A stretch of 64,000 bases of DNA from positions 45,790-109,789 of the forward strand of contig CP006914.1 of the NCBI GenBank assembly GCA_000503835.1. The letters run 5' to 3'. The position numbers and the translations under genes are program-made. This document shows, one piece after another, positions 1 through 9,057 of this stretch; the stretch's first letter is position 1; each line of letters starts with the position of its first letter. Under the pieces are notes generated by a model that saw only the letters and a list, made by a program, of their open reading frames with translations, did not search any database and had not been told where the DNA came from. This stretch comes from a candidate division WWE3 bacterium RAAC2_WWE3_1. Its GTDB lineage: Bacteria > Patescibacteriota > WWE3 > UBA101185 > UBA10185.

Positions 1-14
1 TTGGAGTACTCTCC

Positions 15-165
15 AAAATGCCTACTACTTTTTGAGGCTTTGTCCTCAAAATGCCTACTACTTTTTGAGGCTTTGTCCTCAAAATGCCTACTACTTTTTG
101 GGGTAACCCCCGAAATGCTTACTACTTTTTGAGGCTTTGTCCTCAAAATGCTTACTACTTCTTTG
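15..165. repeat. Tandem direct repeat, 33-bp unit 'aaaatgcctactactttttgaggctttgtcctc'. Copies at 15-47, 48-80, 81-112 (3' half diverged to ggggtaacccccg), 113-144, and a partial copy at 145-~165. Each unit carries an 8-bp hairpin, ttttgagg/cctcaaaa.
   Basis: Direct reading: two perfect 33-nt copies, then two 32-nt variants. The array begins at the rpsM stop codon and runs to the window edge. Confidence 0.9.
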
Positions 166-541
166 CTAATTTCTTTTTCTGTCCGCCCACGGTCTTTCGT
201 TTACCTTTTCTCGTGCGGGAATTAGTCCTTGTGCGCTGTCCCCTCACGGGAAGTCCTGCCAAATGTCTAAGTCCTCTGTAAGATTTTACTTCCTGCAGAC
301 GTCTGATGTTCTGGTTAACCAGTCTTTTCAATTCTCCCTCGACATGAAGTTCCATGGCAGCTATGGAAGCGTTTATCTTTGCAACATCTTCGTCGGTAAG
401 ATCTTTGGCCCTGGTGTCGGGGTTTATGCCCGATCTCTCAAGTACTTTCCTGGATATTGTCGGACCGATACCGTAGATGTATCTTAAAGATGCTTCTATT
501 CTTTTTTCTCCCGGTATGTCTACACCTTTTATCCTTGGCAT
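155..541 (-). CDS. rpsM: 30S ribosomal protein S13
   Basis: 128-aa [13 protein letters not shown]...[13 protein letters not shown]..., with the basic C-terminal tail typical of S13. ATG (cat at 539-541) and TAG stop verified. Confidence 0.93.
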   Translation of the reverse strand: MPRIKGVDIPGEKRIEASLRYIYGIGPTISRKVLERSGINPDTRAKDLTDEDVAKINASIAAMELHVEGELKRLVNQNIRRLQEVKSYRGLRHLAGLPVRGQRTRTNSRTRKGKRKTVGGQKKKLAKK

Positions 542-543
542 AA

Positions 544-660
544 TTAACCCTGTCTTTGCTTGTGTTTCGGGTTTCTTTTACAAATAACCCTAACCGTCCT
601 GTTCCTTATAATAATTTTGCAATCTTTACAGATTGGTTTTACAGATGATCTGACTTTCAT
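544..660 (-). CDS. rpmJ: 50S ribosomal protein L36, 38 aa. Missing from the ORF track (below its size cutoff). Minus-strand translation: [38 protein letters not shown].
   Basis: Translated by hand from the reverse complement of 544-660. It has the canonical L36 C-x2-C...C-x4-H zinc-ribbon pattern, an AGGAAG SD 8 nt upstream, and the expected position between infA and rpsM. Confidence 0.85.
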   Translation of the reverse strand: MKVRSSVKPICKDCKIIIRNRTVRVICKRNPKHKQRQG

Positions 661-684
661 ATTTCAAAAATTCTTCCTGCCGAG

Positions 685-903
685 TTACTTAAGCCTGTAA
701 ATGATCCTGCCTCTCGTCAGATCGTGGGGGGAAAACTCTATTCTAACCTTGTCCCCAGGTAAAACCCTAATATGGGCCTTCCTCATTTTTCCCGATATGA
801 CAGCCAAAGCGTTAGTCTCGTCTTCAAATTCTATCTTGAACATTCCTCCCATATGGGTCTCAGTTATTTTTCCGTCTTTTGTAATTACTTCTTTTGTGCT
901 CAT
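685..903 (-). CDS. infA: Translation initiation factor IF-1
   Basis: 72-aa S1-like fold: MSTKEV...GKMRKAHIRVLPGDKVRIEFSPHDLTRGRIIYRLK. Confidence 0.93.
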   Translation of the reverse strand: MSTKEVITKDGKITETHMGGMFKIEFEDETNALAVISGKMRKAHIRVLPGDKVRIEFSPHDLTRGRIIYRLK

Positions 904-932
904 TTAGCTTTCTGACTCAGCAAACGCGCTTG

Positions 933-961
933 ATTGTAACAGAACCGTTATCACAGGTCAA
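933..961 (-). promoter_or_regulatory. Sigma70-like promoter for infA–rpmJ–rpsM on the minus strand: -35 TTGACC (956-961), 17-nt spacer, -10 TACAAT (933-938).
   Basis: Near-consensus hexamers with a 17-nt spacer; the infA ATG lies ~30 nt downstream. Confidence 0.55.
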
Positions 962-1024
962 TAACCCTCTTTGGTATTGCTAAGAAGTGTTTTTAGCATC
1001 TCCCGGTTGTAAATTGAGGTTTTA

Positions 1025-1053
1025 TTGACTTTTCCAGCCGCGAAATTTATATT
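1025..1053 (+). promoter_or_regulatory. Sigma70-like promoter for serS: -35 TTGACT (1025-1030), 17-nt spacer, -10 TATATT (1048-1053).
   Basis: Consensus-like hexamers 42 nt upstream of the serS ATG; divergent from the infA promoter. Confidence 0.55.
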
Positions 1054-1094
1054 ACACATTGTATGTGTGAAAATCAACAAAAAAGGGATTTTTA

Positions 1095-2378
1095 ATGCTG
1101 GACATAAATTTTATCAAGAACAATTCGGAGCTGACCAAAAAAGCTGTCGAGAATAAACAACTCGGTAAGACCGTTTCTATAGACAAGTTAATAGAGACCC
1201 ACGATCGGTATCTGGACCTTTTGAAGAAAGTGGAAATCCACAGAGCGCTTAGAAACAAGCTTTCCGAGAGTATCTCAAAAGTGGCACCTCAGGATAGGTC
1301 TGATCTCATAAACGAAGCTACCGCCGTGAAAGGGGAGTTGGCAAAATACGAGCACGAGCTTGTTGAGACGAAGATCGTCTTTGACCGGTTAATGCTATGG
1401 GTACCAAGTGTTCCTGCCGAAGATGTTCCTGTAGGGATAGACGAGAGCGGCAATAAAGTGGTGCGGGAGGAAGGAAGTATTAACGGGCCTGCTTTTAAGC
1501 CTAAAGACCATGTTGATTTGGGCGTATCCCTCGATATCCTGGATCTGGAAAGAGGCGCAAAAATCGGGGGTTTCAGAGGGTATTTTTTAAAAAATGAGGG
1601 CGCCCAGCTTGAACAAGCCATTTTAAGGTATGCGTGTGACATGATGCTGGTCGAAGGTTACACCATGTTGAGTGTCCCATGGATAGTGAAACCCGAATTT
1701 TTTACCGGAACGGGGTATTTCCCGTGGGGAGAAGATGACCACTACAGGTTGGAAGATGATAAAGCGTTGATCGGGACGGCCGAAGTATCTCTCACCTCCT
1801 ATTATTCGGGCGAAATTCTGAATGAATCAGAACTTCCCATGAGGCTGTTTGGATTGAGTCCGTGCTTTAGAAAAGAAATTGGAGCATACGGCAAAGATAC
1901 CAAAGGTATTTTCAGACTGCATCAATTTAACAAAGTTGAGCAGGTAGTACTCACAACTGCTAACGAAGAGATAACCAGAGAATGGCATGAAAAAATGCTG
2001 AGTCACGCCGAAAACATACTAAAAGGCCTGAAACTTCCCTATAGGGTACTTTTAATGTGCACGGGGGACATGGGTGCGGGACAGGTTAAGAAGTATGACT
2101 TAGAGACGTGGTTCCCGTCGCAGGGAAACTACAGAGAGACCCACTCGGACTCATATTTCAGGGATTTTCAATCCAGAAGGCTGAACATCAGGTATAGAGA
2201 CTTCTCCGGGGAACTTAAATACGTTTATACTCTCAACAACACCGTAGCCGCCACCCCGAGGCTTTTAGCTGCAGTTCTGGAAAATTACCAGAATGTTGAC
2301 GGGAGTGTTACCGTTCCCGAAGTTTTAAAGAAGTACGTAAGCTTCGACAAAATTCTGCCCAAACAGAAAATTATTTGA
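1095..2378 (+). CDS. serS: Seryl-tRNA synthetase
   Basis: 427 aa with an N-terminal coiled-coil arm and a class II aaRS core. AAAGGGA SD upstream. Confidence 0.9.
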   Translation: MLDINFIKNNSELTKKAVENKQLGKTVSIDKLIETHDRYLDLLKKVEIHRALRNKLSESISKVAPQDRSDLINEATAVKGELAKYEHELVETKIVFDRLMLWVPSVPAEDVPVGIDESGNKVVREEGSINGPAFKPKDHVDLGVSLDILDLERGAKIGGFRGYFLKNEGAQLEQAILRYACDMMLVEGYTMLSVPWIVKPEFFTGTGYFPWGEDDHYRLEDDKALIGTAEVSLTSYYSGEILNESELPMRLFGLSPCFRKEIGAYGKDTKGIFRLHQFNKVEQVVLTTANEEITREWHEKMLSHAENILKGLKLPYRVLLMCTGDMGAGQVKKYDLETWFPSQGNYRETHSDSYFRDFQSRRLNIRYRDFSGELKYVYTLNNTVAATPRLLAAVLENYQNVDGSVTVPEVLKKYVSFDKILPKQKII

Positions 2379-2392
2379 TAGTATGGGTCAAT

Positions 2393-3082
2393 ATGAATAT
2401 TTTTGACGGTATTCAGTTGCCGAAGATTATTTACGAAACCGATTCAAAATATAACGGTAAAGTGCAAGTTTGGGAGGTCGGGAAAACCCGCAAGATTAAA
2501 GTCGATAAGATAGATCAGTCAATATCCCATAAATCTCCTTCAGCCAACCGTCTTGTTTGGGGGAAAGTTATAGAAGTCCTTGAAGAAAACGCCCCCGACC
2601 TTAAAAATATCCTAATCCTGGGGCTGGGCGGAGGTACCATGGCTCATTTGATTTCGGAAAAATTCAACGCTCCCAGGATTGTAAGCGTCGAGATAGATCC
2701 GGTAATGGTCGATATAGCAAAAAAATATTTCGACCTTGATTCGGTACCGAACCATAGGATAATCATCGACGATGCTTTGAGAGTTGTTGTTGAACCGGAA
2801 GAGTTCGATTTAAAACCCGAGTCTTTTAACGTGTGCATCGTCGATATATTCCAGGGAGAAAAATATCCGGATCTTGGAAAGTCCGGTAATTTCATTACCT
2901 CGGTAAAGAAAATGGTAAGGCCGGGCGGACTGTTAATTTTTAACAGAATCTATTTGGATTATCATCAGGACGACGTGAATATCTTCATCGAGTACCTCGG
3001 AGACTTTCTGCAGAACGTGACATGTTTGGTTGTTGCAGGTTACACGAATTCAGACAACGTATTAATCTACGGAAAAGTCTGA
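2393..3082 (+). CDS. Spermidine synthase-family (PABS-like) class I methyltransferase-fold protein
   Basis: ILILGLGGGTMAHL...IVSVEIDPVMVDIAKKYF...CIVDIF...MVRPGGLLIFN matches the spermidine/spermine synthase fold. The ORF track starts at TTG 2375; the first ATG is 2393. Confidence 0.6.
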   Translation: MNIFDGIQLPKIIYETDSKYNGKVQVWEVGKTRKIKVDKIDQSISHKSPSANRLVWGKVIEVLEENAPDLKNILILGLGGGTMAHLISEKFNAPRIVSVEIDPVMVDIAKKYFDLDSVPNHRIIIDDALRVVVEPEEFDLKPESFNVCIVDIFQGEKYPDLGKSGNFITSVKKMVRPGGLLIFNRIYLDYHQDDVNIFIEYLGDFLQNVTCLVVAGYTNSDNVLIYGKV

Positions 3083-3092
3083 CCCTTTATTA

Positions 3093-3917
3093 ATGACTCT
3101 TTTTCAATCTATTATCATGGGAATAGTTCAGGGTCTTACCGAGTTTATACCGGTTTCCTCTTCCGGGCATCTAATAATTTTTCCGGAACTGTTCGGCTGG
3201 GAACAGGGCGGTTTGGCTTTTGATACAACCCTGCATTTAGGTACGTTAGCCGCACTTCTTGTTTATTTTTATAAAGACCTCAGAAGAATGGTTCTTTCCC
3301 TAATAAGAGATGCAGGGAAATCGACATATCATTTCAGCCGGTATTCTCCGGAAAGTAAACTGGTTGTTTGGTTACTTATCGCTACGGTACCTGCCGGATT
3401 AGCCGCTTTTTTATTTGGAGACTATTTGGAAAGTACTTTCAGAAGCATGTTAAGCGTCTCAATATTTTTATTGCTGGGTTCAGTTCTGATGTTTTTTGCA
3501 GACAGGCTCGGGAAAAACGGGGATAAATCGCAGCCCGCACCCCCGATAAGTTATGGCAAAGTTATTGTCGCGGGTTTTTTTCAATGCCTGGCATTATTTC
3601 CCGGAGTTTCCAGATCGGGGTCAACTATTTCCGGCGGACTAATATCGGGACTGAACAGAACTCAGGCGGCAAGAATTTCATTCCTTCTCTCTATACCTAT
3701 AATAGCTGCAGCGGGTGCTTTTCAACTTCCCGATGCTTTGGCGGTGTATTCGGGCGCCGGTGCGGGTACTCTGATTTCAGGTTTTCTTACCAGTGCGCTG
3801 TCGGGATATCTGGCTGTGTCTTTTCTTATGAAGTATCTAAATTCTCACGGGTTAAGGTCATTTATTATTTACCGTGTGGTACTTTCAATTTTTCTCATTT
3901 TTTTGTACATCGCGTAA
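3093..3917 (+). CDS. uppP: Undecaprenyl-diphosphatase (UppP/BacA)
   Basis: 274-aa polytopic protein: MTLFQSIIMGIVQGLTEFIPVSSSGHLII...PGVSRSGSTISGGL. Confidence 0.88.
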   Translation: MTLFQSIIMGIVQGLTEFIPVSSSGHLIIFPELFGWEQGGLAFDTTLHLGTLAALLVYFYKDLRRMVLSLIRDAGKSTYHFSRYSPESKLVVWLLIATVPAGLAAFLFGDYLESTFRSMLSVSIFLLLGSVLMFFADRLGKNGDKSQPAPPISYGKVIVAGFFQCLALFPGVSRSGSTISGGLISGLNRTQAARISFLLSIPIIAAAGAFQLPDALAVYSGAGAGTLISGFLTSALSGYLAVSFLMKYLNSHGLRSFIIYRVVLSIFLIFLYIA

Positions 3918-3955
3918 CACCCGCCCGGTTAAGCGGTGATATAATCATTCTCGAT

Positions 3956-6505
3956 ATGTTTAAGTTATTTGTTGATTCAAACGAAAAACAGCTGAAGAAA
4001 ATAGAGCCTTTGGTAGCTGCAATAAACTCTCTGGAACCCGCTGTCAGTAAGATGACCCGGGTGGAGATGCTTTCCAAAGTGGAAGACTGGAAGAAGGAAT
4101 TGTCGGGATTGGACTACGACGCTCAAAAAAAAGTTATGGAAAAAATACTTCCCGAAGCTTTTGCATTTGTCCGCGAAGCCTCCGTTAGGACCTCGGGTAA
4201 GCGTCATTTCGACGTCCAGCTCATGGCCGGTGTGGTCTTGCACGAAGGTAAAATTTCCGAGCAAAAGACCGGGGAAGGAAAAACTCTTACGGCGACCCTT
4301 CCATTATTTTTAAATTCGCTGACGGGACGGGGGGCTCATTTGGTCACCCCCAACGATTACCTCTCCAGGCACGGCGCAGGTTGGATGGGTGATATATACA
4401 CTTACCTGGGAATAAGCGTAGGAGTAATAATGCAGGAAAGGGCTTTTGTTTACGACAGTACTCACGAAGGAACCGAATTCGACGATATCTACGCCGTACA
4501 TCTGAGAGAAGTTTCCCGGCAGGAAGCCTATAAATGTGGAATTGTGTATGGAACTAACCACGAGTTCGGTTTTGATTATCTTAGGGATAACATGGTGCGC
4601 TCGTTAGGCTCCATGGTTCAGACGAATCCGAACGGAGAGTTCGGCGTTCACAACTTTGCTATCGTCGATGAAGTCGATTCTATTTTGATTGATGTCGCAA
4701 GAACCCCGTTGATAATATCAGCCGCGGATGCCAAACCTTCCTCAAGATATTTTGACGCCGATCGGATAGTAAAAACTTTAGCCAAAAATTCCGATTACGA
4801 AGTAGAAGAAAAGTATAAAAACGTAACACTGACCGACCTCGGTATAAGGCGGGTAGAAAGACTGTTGGGTGTTAGCAATTTATATGAGCAGGATTTCGAG
4901 ATGGTTCATTTGATGGAAGAAGCTCTTACTGCCCACGCTTTATATGAGAAAGACCGTGATTATGTTGTTAAAGACGGAAAGGTTGTAATTGTTGATCAGT
5001 TCACCGGAAGATTACTCCCCAGCAACAGGTTTTCTCACGGGCTTCATCAGGCAATCGAGGCAAAAGAAGGAGTAGAGATTCAGCAGGAGTCAAAAACCCT
5101 GGCGGAAATTTCCTACCAAAATTATTTTAGAATGTACAAAAAGCTCGCCGGTATGACGGGAACTGCCGCGACCGAAGCCGAGGAATTTTACAAAATATAT
5201 AAGCTCGATGTTGTAGCCATTCCTACCAACAAACCCAATACCAGAAAAGATCAGAACGATGTTGTTTATAAAACGGAAAGCGCCAAATTTAAAGCCGTAG
5301 CAGATGACATTGTAAAAAGGCACTCTAAAGGTCAGCCGGTTCTGGTGGGAACTACTTCGGTTGAGAAAAGTGAACAGTTGCACGAACTTCTTTCGAGAAG
5401 AAAAGTTCCTCATGAAATATTAAATGCAAAAAATCACGAACGGGAAGCGTTAATAATCGCCCAGGCGGGAAGAAAAGGCGGGGTGACCATTTCGACTAAT
5501 ATGGCAGGTAGAGGTGTCGACATCGTTTTGGGCGGCGACCCTCCGGTTGAAAACGAACAAAAAGAGGTTATTGATGCGGGAGGGCTTTATGTTATTGGTA
5601 CAGAAAGACATGACTCGAGAAGAATTGATAATCAGTTAAGAGGGCGTTCAGGCAGGCAGGGAGATCCGGGCGAGACCAGGTTCTTCGTTTCACTTCAGGA
5701 CGACCTGATGAGGATTTTCGGCGGTGAGCAGGTAAGTAAAATGATGGACAGGTTCGGTATCGACGAAACAATTCCTTTGGAAGCGGGTTTAGTTACCAGG
5801 TCGATTGAAAACGCACAAAAAAGAGTAGAAGGGTTCAACTTCGATCGCAGAAAACAAGTTGTCGAAATGGACGATGTTATAAATGTTCACCGTGAAGTTA
5901 TCTATTCTCTCAGACGTAGAATACTCGAGCTTGAATCGGGTGTCACCGAACATAAAGACTGGCTGATGCAGAAACTCGCCTCCTCGTCCGTACTTAACGA
6001 AGAACTTTGGGCGGAAAAAGAAAAGGAATTTGGGGAGGACACATGGCTTGATATTGTTTCAGATTGGAGCCTTCCGGTTATTGATAATTTTTGGATGGAC
6101 CACCTTGTTGATATGGACCAGGTACGTGAGGGTATCGGGCTAAGAGGTTACGCACAAAGGGATCCGATGGTGGAGTATAAGAAAGAAGGCCACGAGAGAT
6201 TTGAAATATTACTCGGGCGCATCTATTCTTTTGTCGGGGAAAGATTAAGTAAGGCGAGCAGTGCTACGGTGGTAAAGACATCCGCGGCAGAAGACGCTCT
6301 CTTATCAAGATTGAACTATCAGCACGGTGAATTGGAAACAGGAGTTTCGGAAGAAGCGGCTGCCAACAAGACACCGAGAGTTGTGGACCAGATGGGTAGG
6401 GTTCTTAAGGTCGAGCAAATATTATCGGGAAAAGTTAAAGTCGGAAGAAACGATCCGTGCCCCTGCGGCAGCGGGAAGAAATACAAACACTGTCATGGAA
6501 AGTAA
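3956..6505 (+). CDS. secA: Preprotein translocase ATPase SecA
   Basis: MFKLFVDSNEKQLKK..., DEAD-like motor and C-terminal zinc-binding tail CPCGSGKKYKHCHGK. The track ORF 3584.. is an in-frame N-terminal over-extension into uppP. Confidence 0.92.
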   Translation: MFKLFVDSNEKQLKKIEPLVAAINSLEPAVSKMTRVEMLSKVEDWKKELSGLDYDAQKKVMEKILPEAFAFVREASVRTSGKRHFDVQLMAGVVLHEGKISEQKTGEGKTLTATLPLFLNSLTGRGAHLVTPNDYLSRHGAGWMGDIYTYLGISVGVIMQERAFVYDSTHEGTEFDDIYAVHLREVSRQEAYKCGIVYGTNHEFGFDYLRDNMVRSLGSMVQTNPNGEFGVHNFAIVDEVDSILIDVARTPLIISAADAKPSSRYFDADRIVKTLAKNSDYEVEEKYKNVTLTDLGIRRVERLLGVSNLYEQDFEMVHLMEEALTAHALYEKDRDYVVKDGKVVIVDQFTGRLLPSNRFSHGLHQAIEAKEGVEIQQESKTLAEISYQNYFRMYKKLAGMTGTAATEAEEFYKIYKLDVVAIPTNKPNTRKDQNDVVYKTESAKFKAVADDIVKRHSKGQPVLVGTTSVEKSEQLHELLSRRKVPHEILNAKNHEREALIIAQAGRKGGVTISTNMAGRGVDIVLGGDPPVENEQKEVIDAGGLYVIGTERHDSRRIDNQLRGRSGRQGDPGETRFFVSLQDDLMRIFGGEQVSKMMDRFGIDETIPLEAGLVTRSIENAQKRVEGFNFDRRKQVVEMDDVINVHREVIYSLRRRILELESGVTEHKDWLMQKLASSSVLNEELWAEKEKEFGEDTWLDIVSDWSLPVIDNFWMDHLVDMDQVREGIGLRGYAQRDPMVEYKKEGHERFEILLGRIYSFVGERLSKASSATVVKTSAAEDALLSRLNYQHGELETGVSEEAAANKTPRVVDQMGRVLKVEQILSGKVKVGRNDPCPCGSGKKYKHCHGK

Positions 6506-7466
6506 GCAGGTTAAACACGAATTGTTCGTGAGCAAGGTGAAAAATGTTTTCGGTTCCGGAGCAGAAAAAATTTTGGAGGGTATTTTACACCCCCGTTACG
6601 AAACCTTTAGGATAAATTTACGCAAGTCCGGTGTTGGCGAGGCGTTGGAAACGTTGCGGATGCTCGGGTTTGAAATTAAGGAAGGTCCGGTCCCCGGTTC
6701 CTTCATTAACTTGTCTTCCATTAATGATTTAAAAATTTCTCAAACCGACCTTTTTAAAAAAGGGATTTTATATGTTCAGGGATTGAGCAGCATGTTGGGT
6801 GTAGTTGTATTGGATCCAAAACCTGACGATAAGGTAATGGACCTTTGCGCAAGTCCAGGAAGTAAAACTTCTTTCATGGCCACACTGACGGGTGTGCCTA
6901 AAAATATTTATGCCGTAGAAAGTAATTCCGGACGTTTTTATTCGATGAAAAAGAATCTGGCGATGCAGGGCTATCCCGATGTTGTTACCGTTAAAGCGAA
7001 CGCGGCCGGATTGCTCAACAGATATCCCGTGTTCCGCGAAGCGTTTGACAGGGTATTAGTCGATGTGCCCTGCTCCAACGAGGGTAATGTGAGATTTTCA
7101 GCTCCCGATCCGCTTAAGTTCTGGAATCCAAAACTGCCGAAAAAAATATCAATGCTTCAAAAGAAGATCCTCGCCTCCGGATACGGCATGTTGAAGCCGG
7201 GCGGTTACATGGTCTATTCAACCTGCACATATTCATTTGAAGAGAACGAGTCCGTAATAAATTGGGCATTAAAAAAATTTCCGGACCTTGATGTGATGAA
7301 AATAAATAGCCGGGTCAAGAATCTGAAATATCTTAAAGGACTTACGGAATATAAAGGCGAAGAGACAGATCCGCGAATATCTAATACGATGAGAATTTTA
7401 CCCGATAATTATTTTGACGGCTTTTTTATTTCGCTTCTGCAGCGACGGCCTGCCGGAGCACGTTAA
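6495..7466 (+). CDS. RNA m5C methyltransferase of the NOL1/NOP2/Sun (RsmB/RsmF) family
   Basis: DLCASPGSKT (SAM-binding) and VDVPCSNEG (catalytic Cys). The ATG at 6495 overlaps the secA stop; the upstream extension from 6327 was rejected. Confidence 0.75.
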   Translation: MESKQVKHELFVSKVKNVFGSGAEKILEGILHPRYETFRINLRKSGVGEALETLRMLGFEIKEGPVPGSFINLSSINDLKISQTDLFKKGILYVQGLSSMLGVVVLDPKPDDKVMDLCASPGSKTSFMATLTGVPKNIYAVESNSGRFYSMKKNLAMQGYPDVVTVKANAAGLLNRYPVFREAFDRVLVDVPCSNEGNVRFSAPDPLKFWNPKLPKKISMLQKKILASGYGMLKPGGYMVYSTCTYSFEENESVINWALKKFPDLDVMKINSRVKNLKYLKGLTEYKGEETDPRISNTMRILPDNYFDGFFISLLQRRPAGAR

Positions 7467-9024
7467 GGGCATTAATAGCATTAGCGTCTCCCGGATTGAG
7501 CTCCAGTGTTTTTAACCAGTAGATCTTTGCAGTCTCGTAATCTTTCTTGTAGAACGCAATTACACCCATTTTGTACGTTGCCCCGTACAGTCTCGGATTC
7601 ATCTGGTACGATTGTTCCAGATATTTCCATGCGTTATCGTAATCTCCCATTTGCAGGTAAACATACCCCAGATTGTGAACTGCGTCAGCGTATGTCGGGT
7701 CGAGCTCGATGGATTTTTTGAAGTTGGCAACAGCCAGATCGTATTTTTGCTCCCTTGCGTATACATCTCCGAGGTTGTTGTAAACCCTAAAACTGTACGG
7801 GGACACTTTTTGGGTCGCATGCCAGAGATTGCTTGTGCTCAAGAGATCCTGCGTCCTGATTGCGGTCCTGATAGTATAGAAAGCTAACAAAAGGGCAACC
7901 GCGTAAATCGTAAATTTCCTGATGCCTGTGTATTTTTCCAGATAAGGAATGACGAATGCAAGTATTAGGCTGAAGGCCATCGTCGAAAGGTAAAGGTATC
8001 TTTCGGCAATAAACCATGCTATAGCCACCGGACTGAACGATGGCAGTGTAGAGATGAAAATAAGTAAGATGAGTCCGGCCACGTAGCTGGCTTTTTTGTA
8101 AAGTTTAAGGATAACGACTACCATGGCGAGCGTTACCGCAATCATTGCTGTGTAAGAAACCATGCTGATGTAAATTCCCTCGTGATAGACGGTCAGAGCC
8201 AGGGGAGAGATTAACAGTTTTATTACAGTAAACACTATATAAGGTGTCCGGTTCAGTAACGGCGTGGCGGTGTAGGGATTGTAATAATAGTCCTGTTTAA
8301 GATCAGTAACCCTGGCCGTAAAACCTCCGAACAGATTTATGTACGCATGAATGGCTGCGAAGATAAAATATGGAAGTATCCAAAGCATCGATTTGAAATT
8401 GAACTTCCTGTTCAGAATTAGCTGATCAAAGACCAGCAAAGAAAAAGGTAGTGTGAGTACCCAGGCGTTCCTTAATAATACCAGCGAGAGTATAAAAATG
8501 ACGATCTCTGCCACGTAATATCTTCTCTGCCCGGATTTCCGGAATAAGTAGTGGAATATCATGGTAATTAATGTGAAAAAAACAATGTGCAGATAATGCA
8601 TCGCCGATATCCATCCTACGGCCTCACTGGCAAGAGGGTGTACTGCAAAAAGAAGGCTCGCTATGAGGGCCTTTTGTTTGTCAAATACCGCGTACGCAAA
8701 GAGGAATAACAGTACGACGTTAACATAGTGGGAAAGCACCGAGAACACGTGGTAAGCTCCCGGTTCTAGCCCGAAAACGGAGTATATGAGAGCCAGTTCC
8801 ATGTTGTAGAGAAATCCTGTTTTGAACATTTTTCCCATATTTCCGATGTCGGGGTTATACAAAATACCTTTCTCATCATCCATGTTCAGGAACTCCCCTC
8901 TCGCAAGATTTCCGTAGGCTATCATCACTAAAAGGAACAGCAAAAGGAATGTGACACGGTTGTCTTTTATAATTTGAAAAAAATCCTTAATTGATGTAAT
9001 TTCTTTATGAGATTTATTGTCCAT
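7426..9024 (-). CDS. Polytopic membrane protein (~11 TM helices) with a C-terminal TPR-repeat domain; TMTC/PMT-like putative GT-C glycosyltransferase.
   Basis: Hydrophobic N-terminal 400 aa, then TPR-like repeats (NLGDVYAREQKYDLAVANFKKSIELDPTYADAVHNLGYVYLQMGDYDNAWKYLEQSYQMNP...). Its 3' end overlaps the RsmB-like gene by 41 nt, convergently. Confidence 0.65.
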   Translation of the reverse strand: MDNKSHKEITSIKDFFQIIKDNRVTFLLLFLLVMIAYGNLARGEFLNMDDEKGILYNPDIGNMGKMFKTGFLYNMELALIYSVFGLEPGAYHVFSVLSHYVNVVLLFLFAYAVFDKQKALIASLLFAVHPLASEAVGWISAMHYLHIVFFTLITMIFHYLFRKSGQRRYYVAEIVIFILSLVLLRNAWVLTLPFSLLVFDQLILNRKFNFKSMLWILPYFIFAAIHAYINLFGGFTARVTDLKQDYYYNPYTATPLLNRTPYIVFTVIKLLISPLALTVYHEGIYISMVSYTAMIAVTLAMVVVILKLYKKASYVAGLILLIFISTLPSFSPVAIAWFIAERYLYLSTMAFSLILAFVIPYLEKYTGIRKFTIYAVALLLAFYTIRTAIRTQDLLSTSNLWHATQKVSPYSFRVYNNLGDVYAREQKYDLAVANFKKSIELDPTYADAVHNLGYVYLQMGDYDNAWKYLEQSYQMNPRLYGATYKMGVIAFYKKDYETAKIYWLKTLELNPGDANAINALNVLRQAVAAEAK

Positions 9025-9057
9025 AGTTGGATATTATATAAATACCACAAAACCGAC

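Noticed and set aside
15-170. Possible CRISPR array, because of regularly spaced identical 33-bp units
   Set aside because: The units are directly abutting with no spacers, and no cas genes are present; it is a simple tandem repeat.
3584-3955. ORF-track N-terminal extension of secA (973-aa ORF) overlapping uppP in another frame
   Set aside because: The extension is an in-frame read-through with no start signal. The SecA homology begins at MFKLFVDS (ATG 3956), just after the uppP stop.
6327-6494. N-terminal extension of the RsmB-like ORF across the secA C-terminus
   Set aside because: It overlaps the conserved SecA zinc-finger tail. Methyltransferase homology starts at MESKQ (6495), whose ATG overlaps the secA stop.
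9007-9057. Upstream start (MRFIVHSWILYKYHKTD) for lepB
   Set aside because: It would overlap the divergent TPR-membrane gene's start. The signal-peptidase TM anchor and homology begin after ATG 9058. Neither start has an SD, so this remains uncertain.
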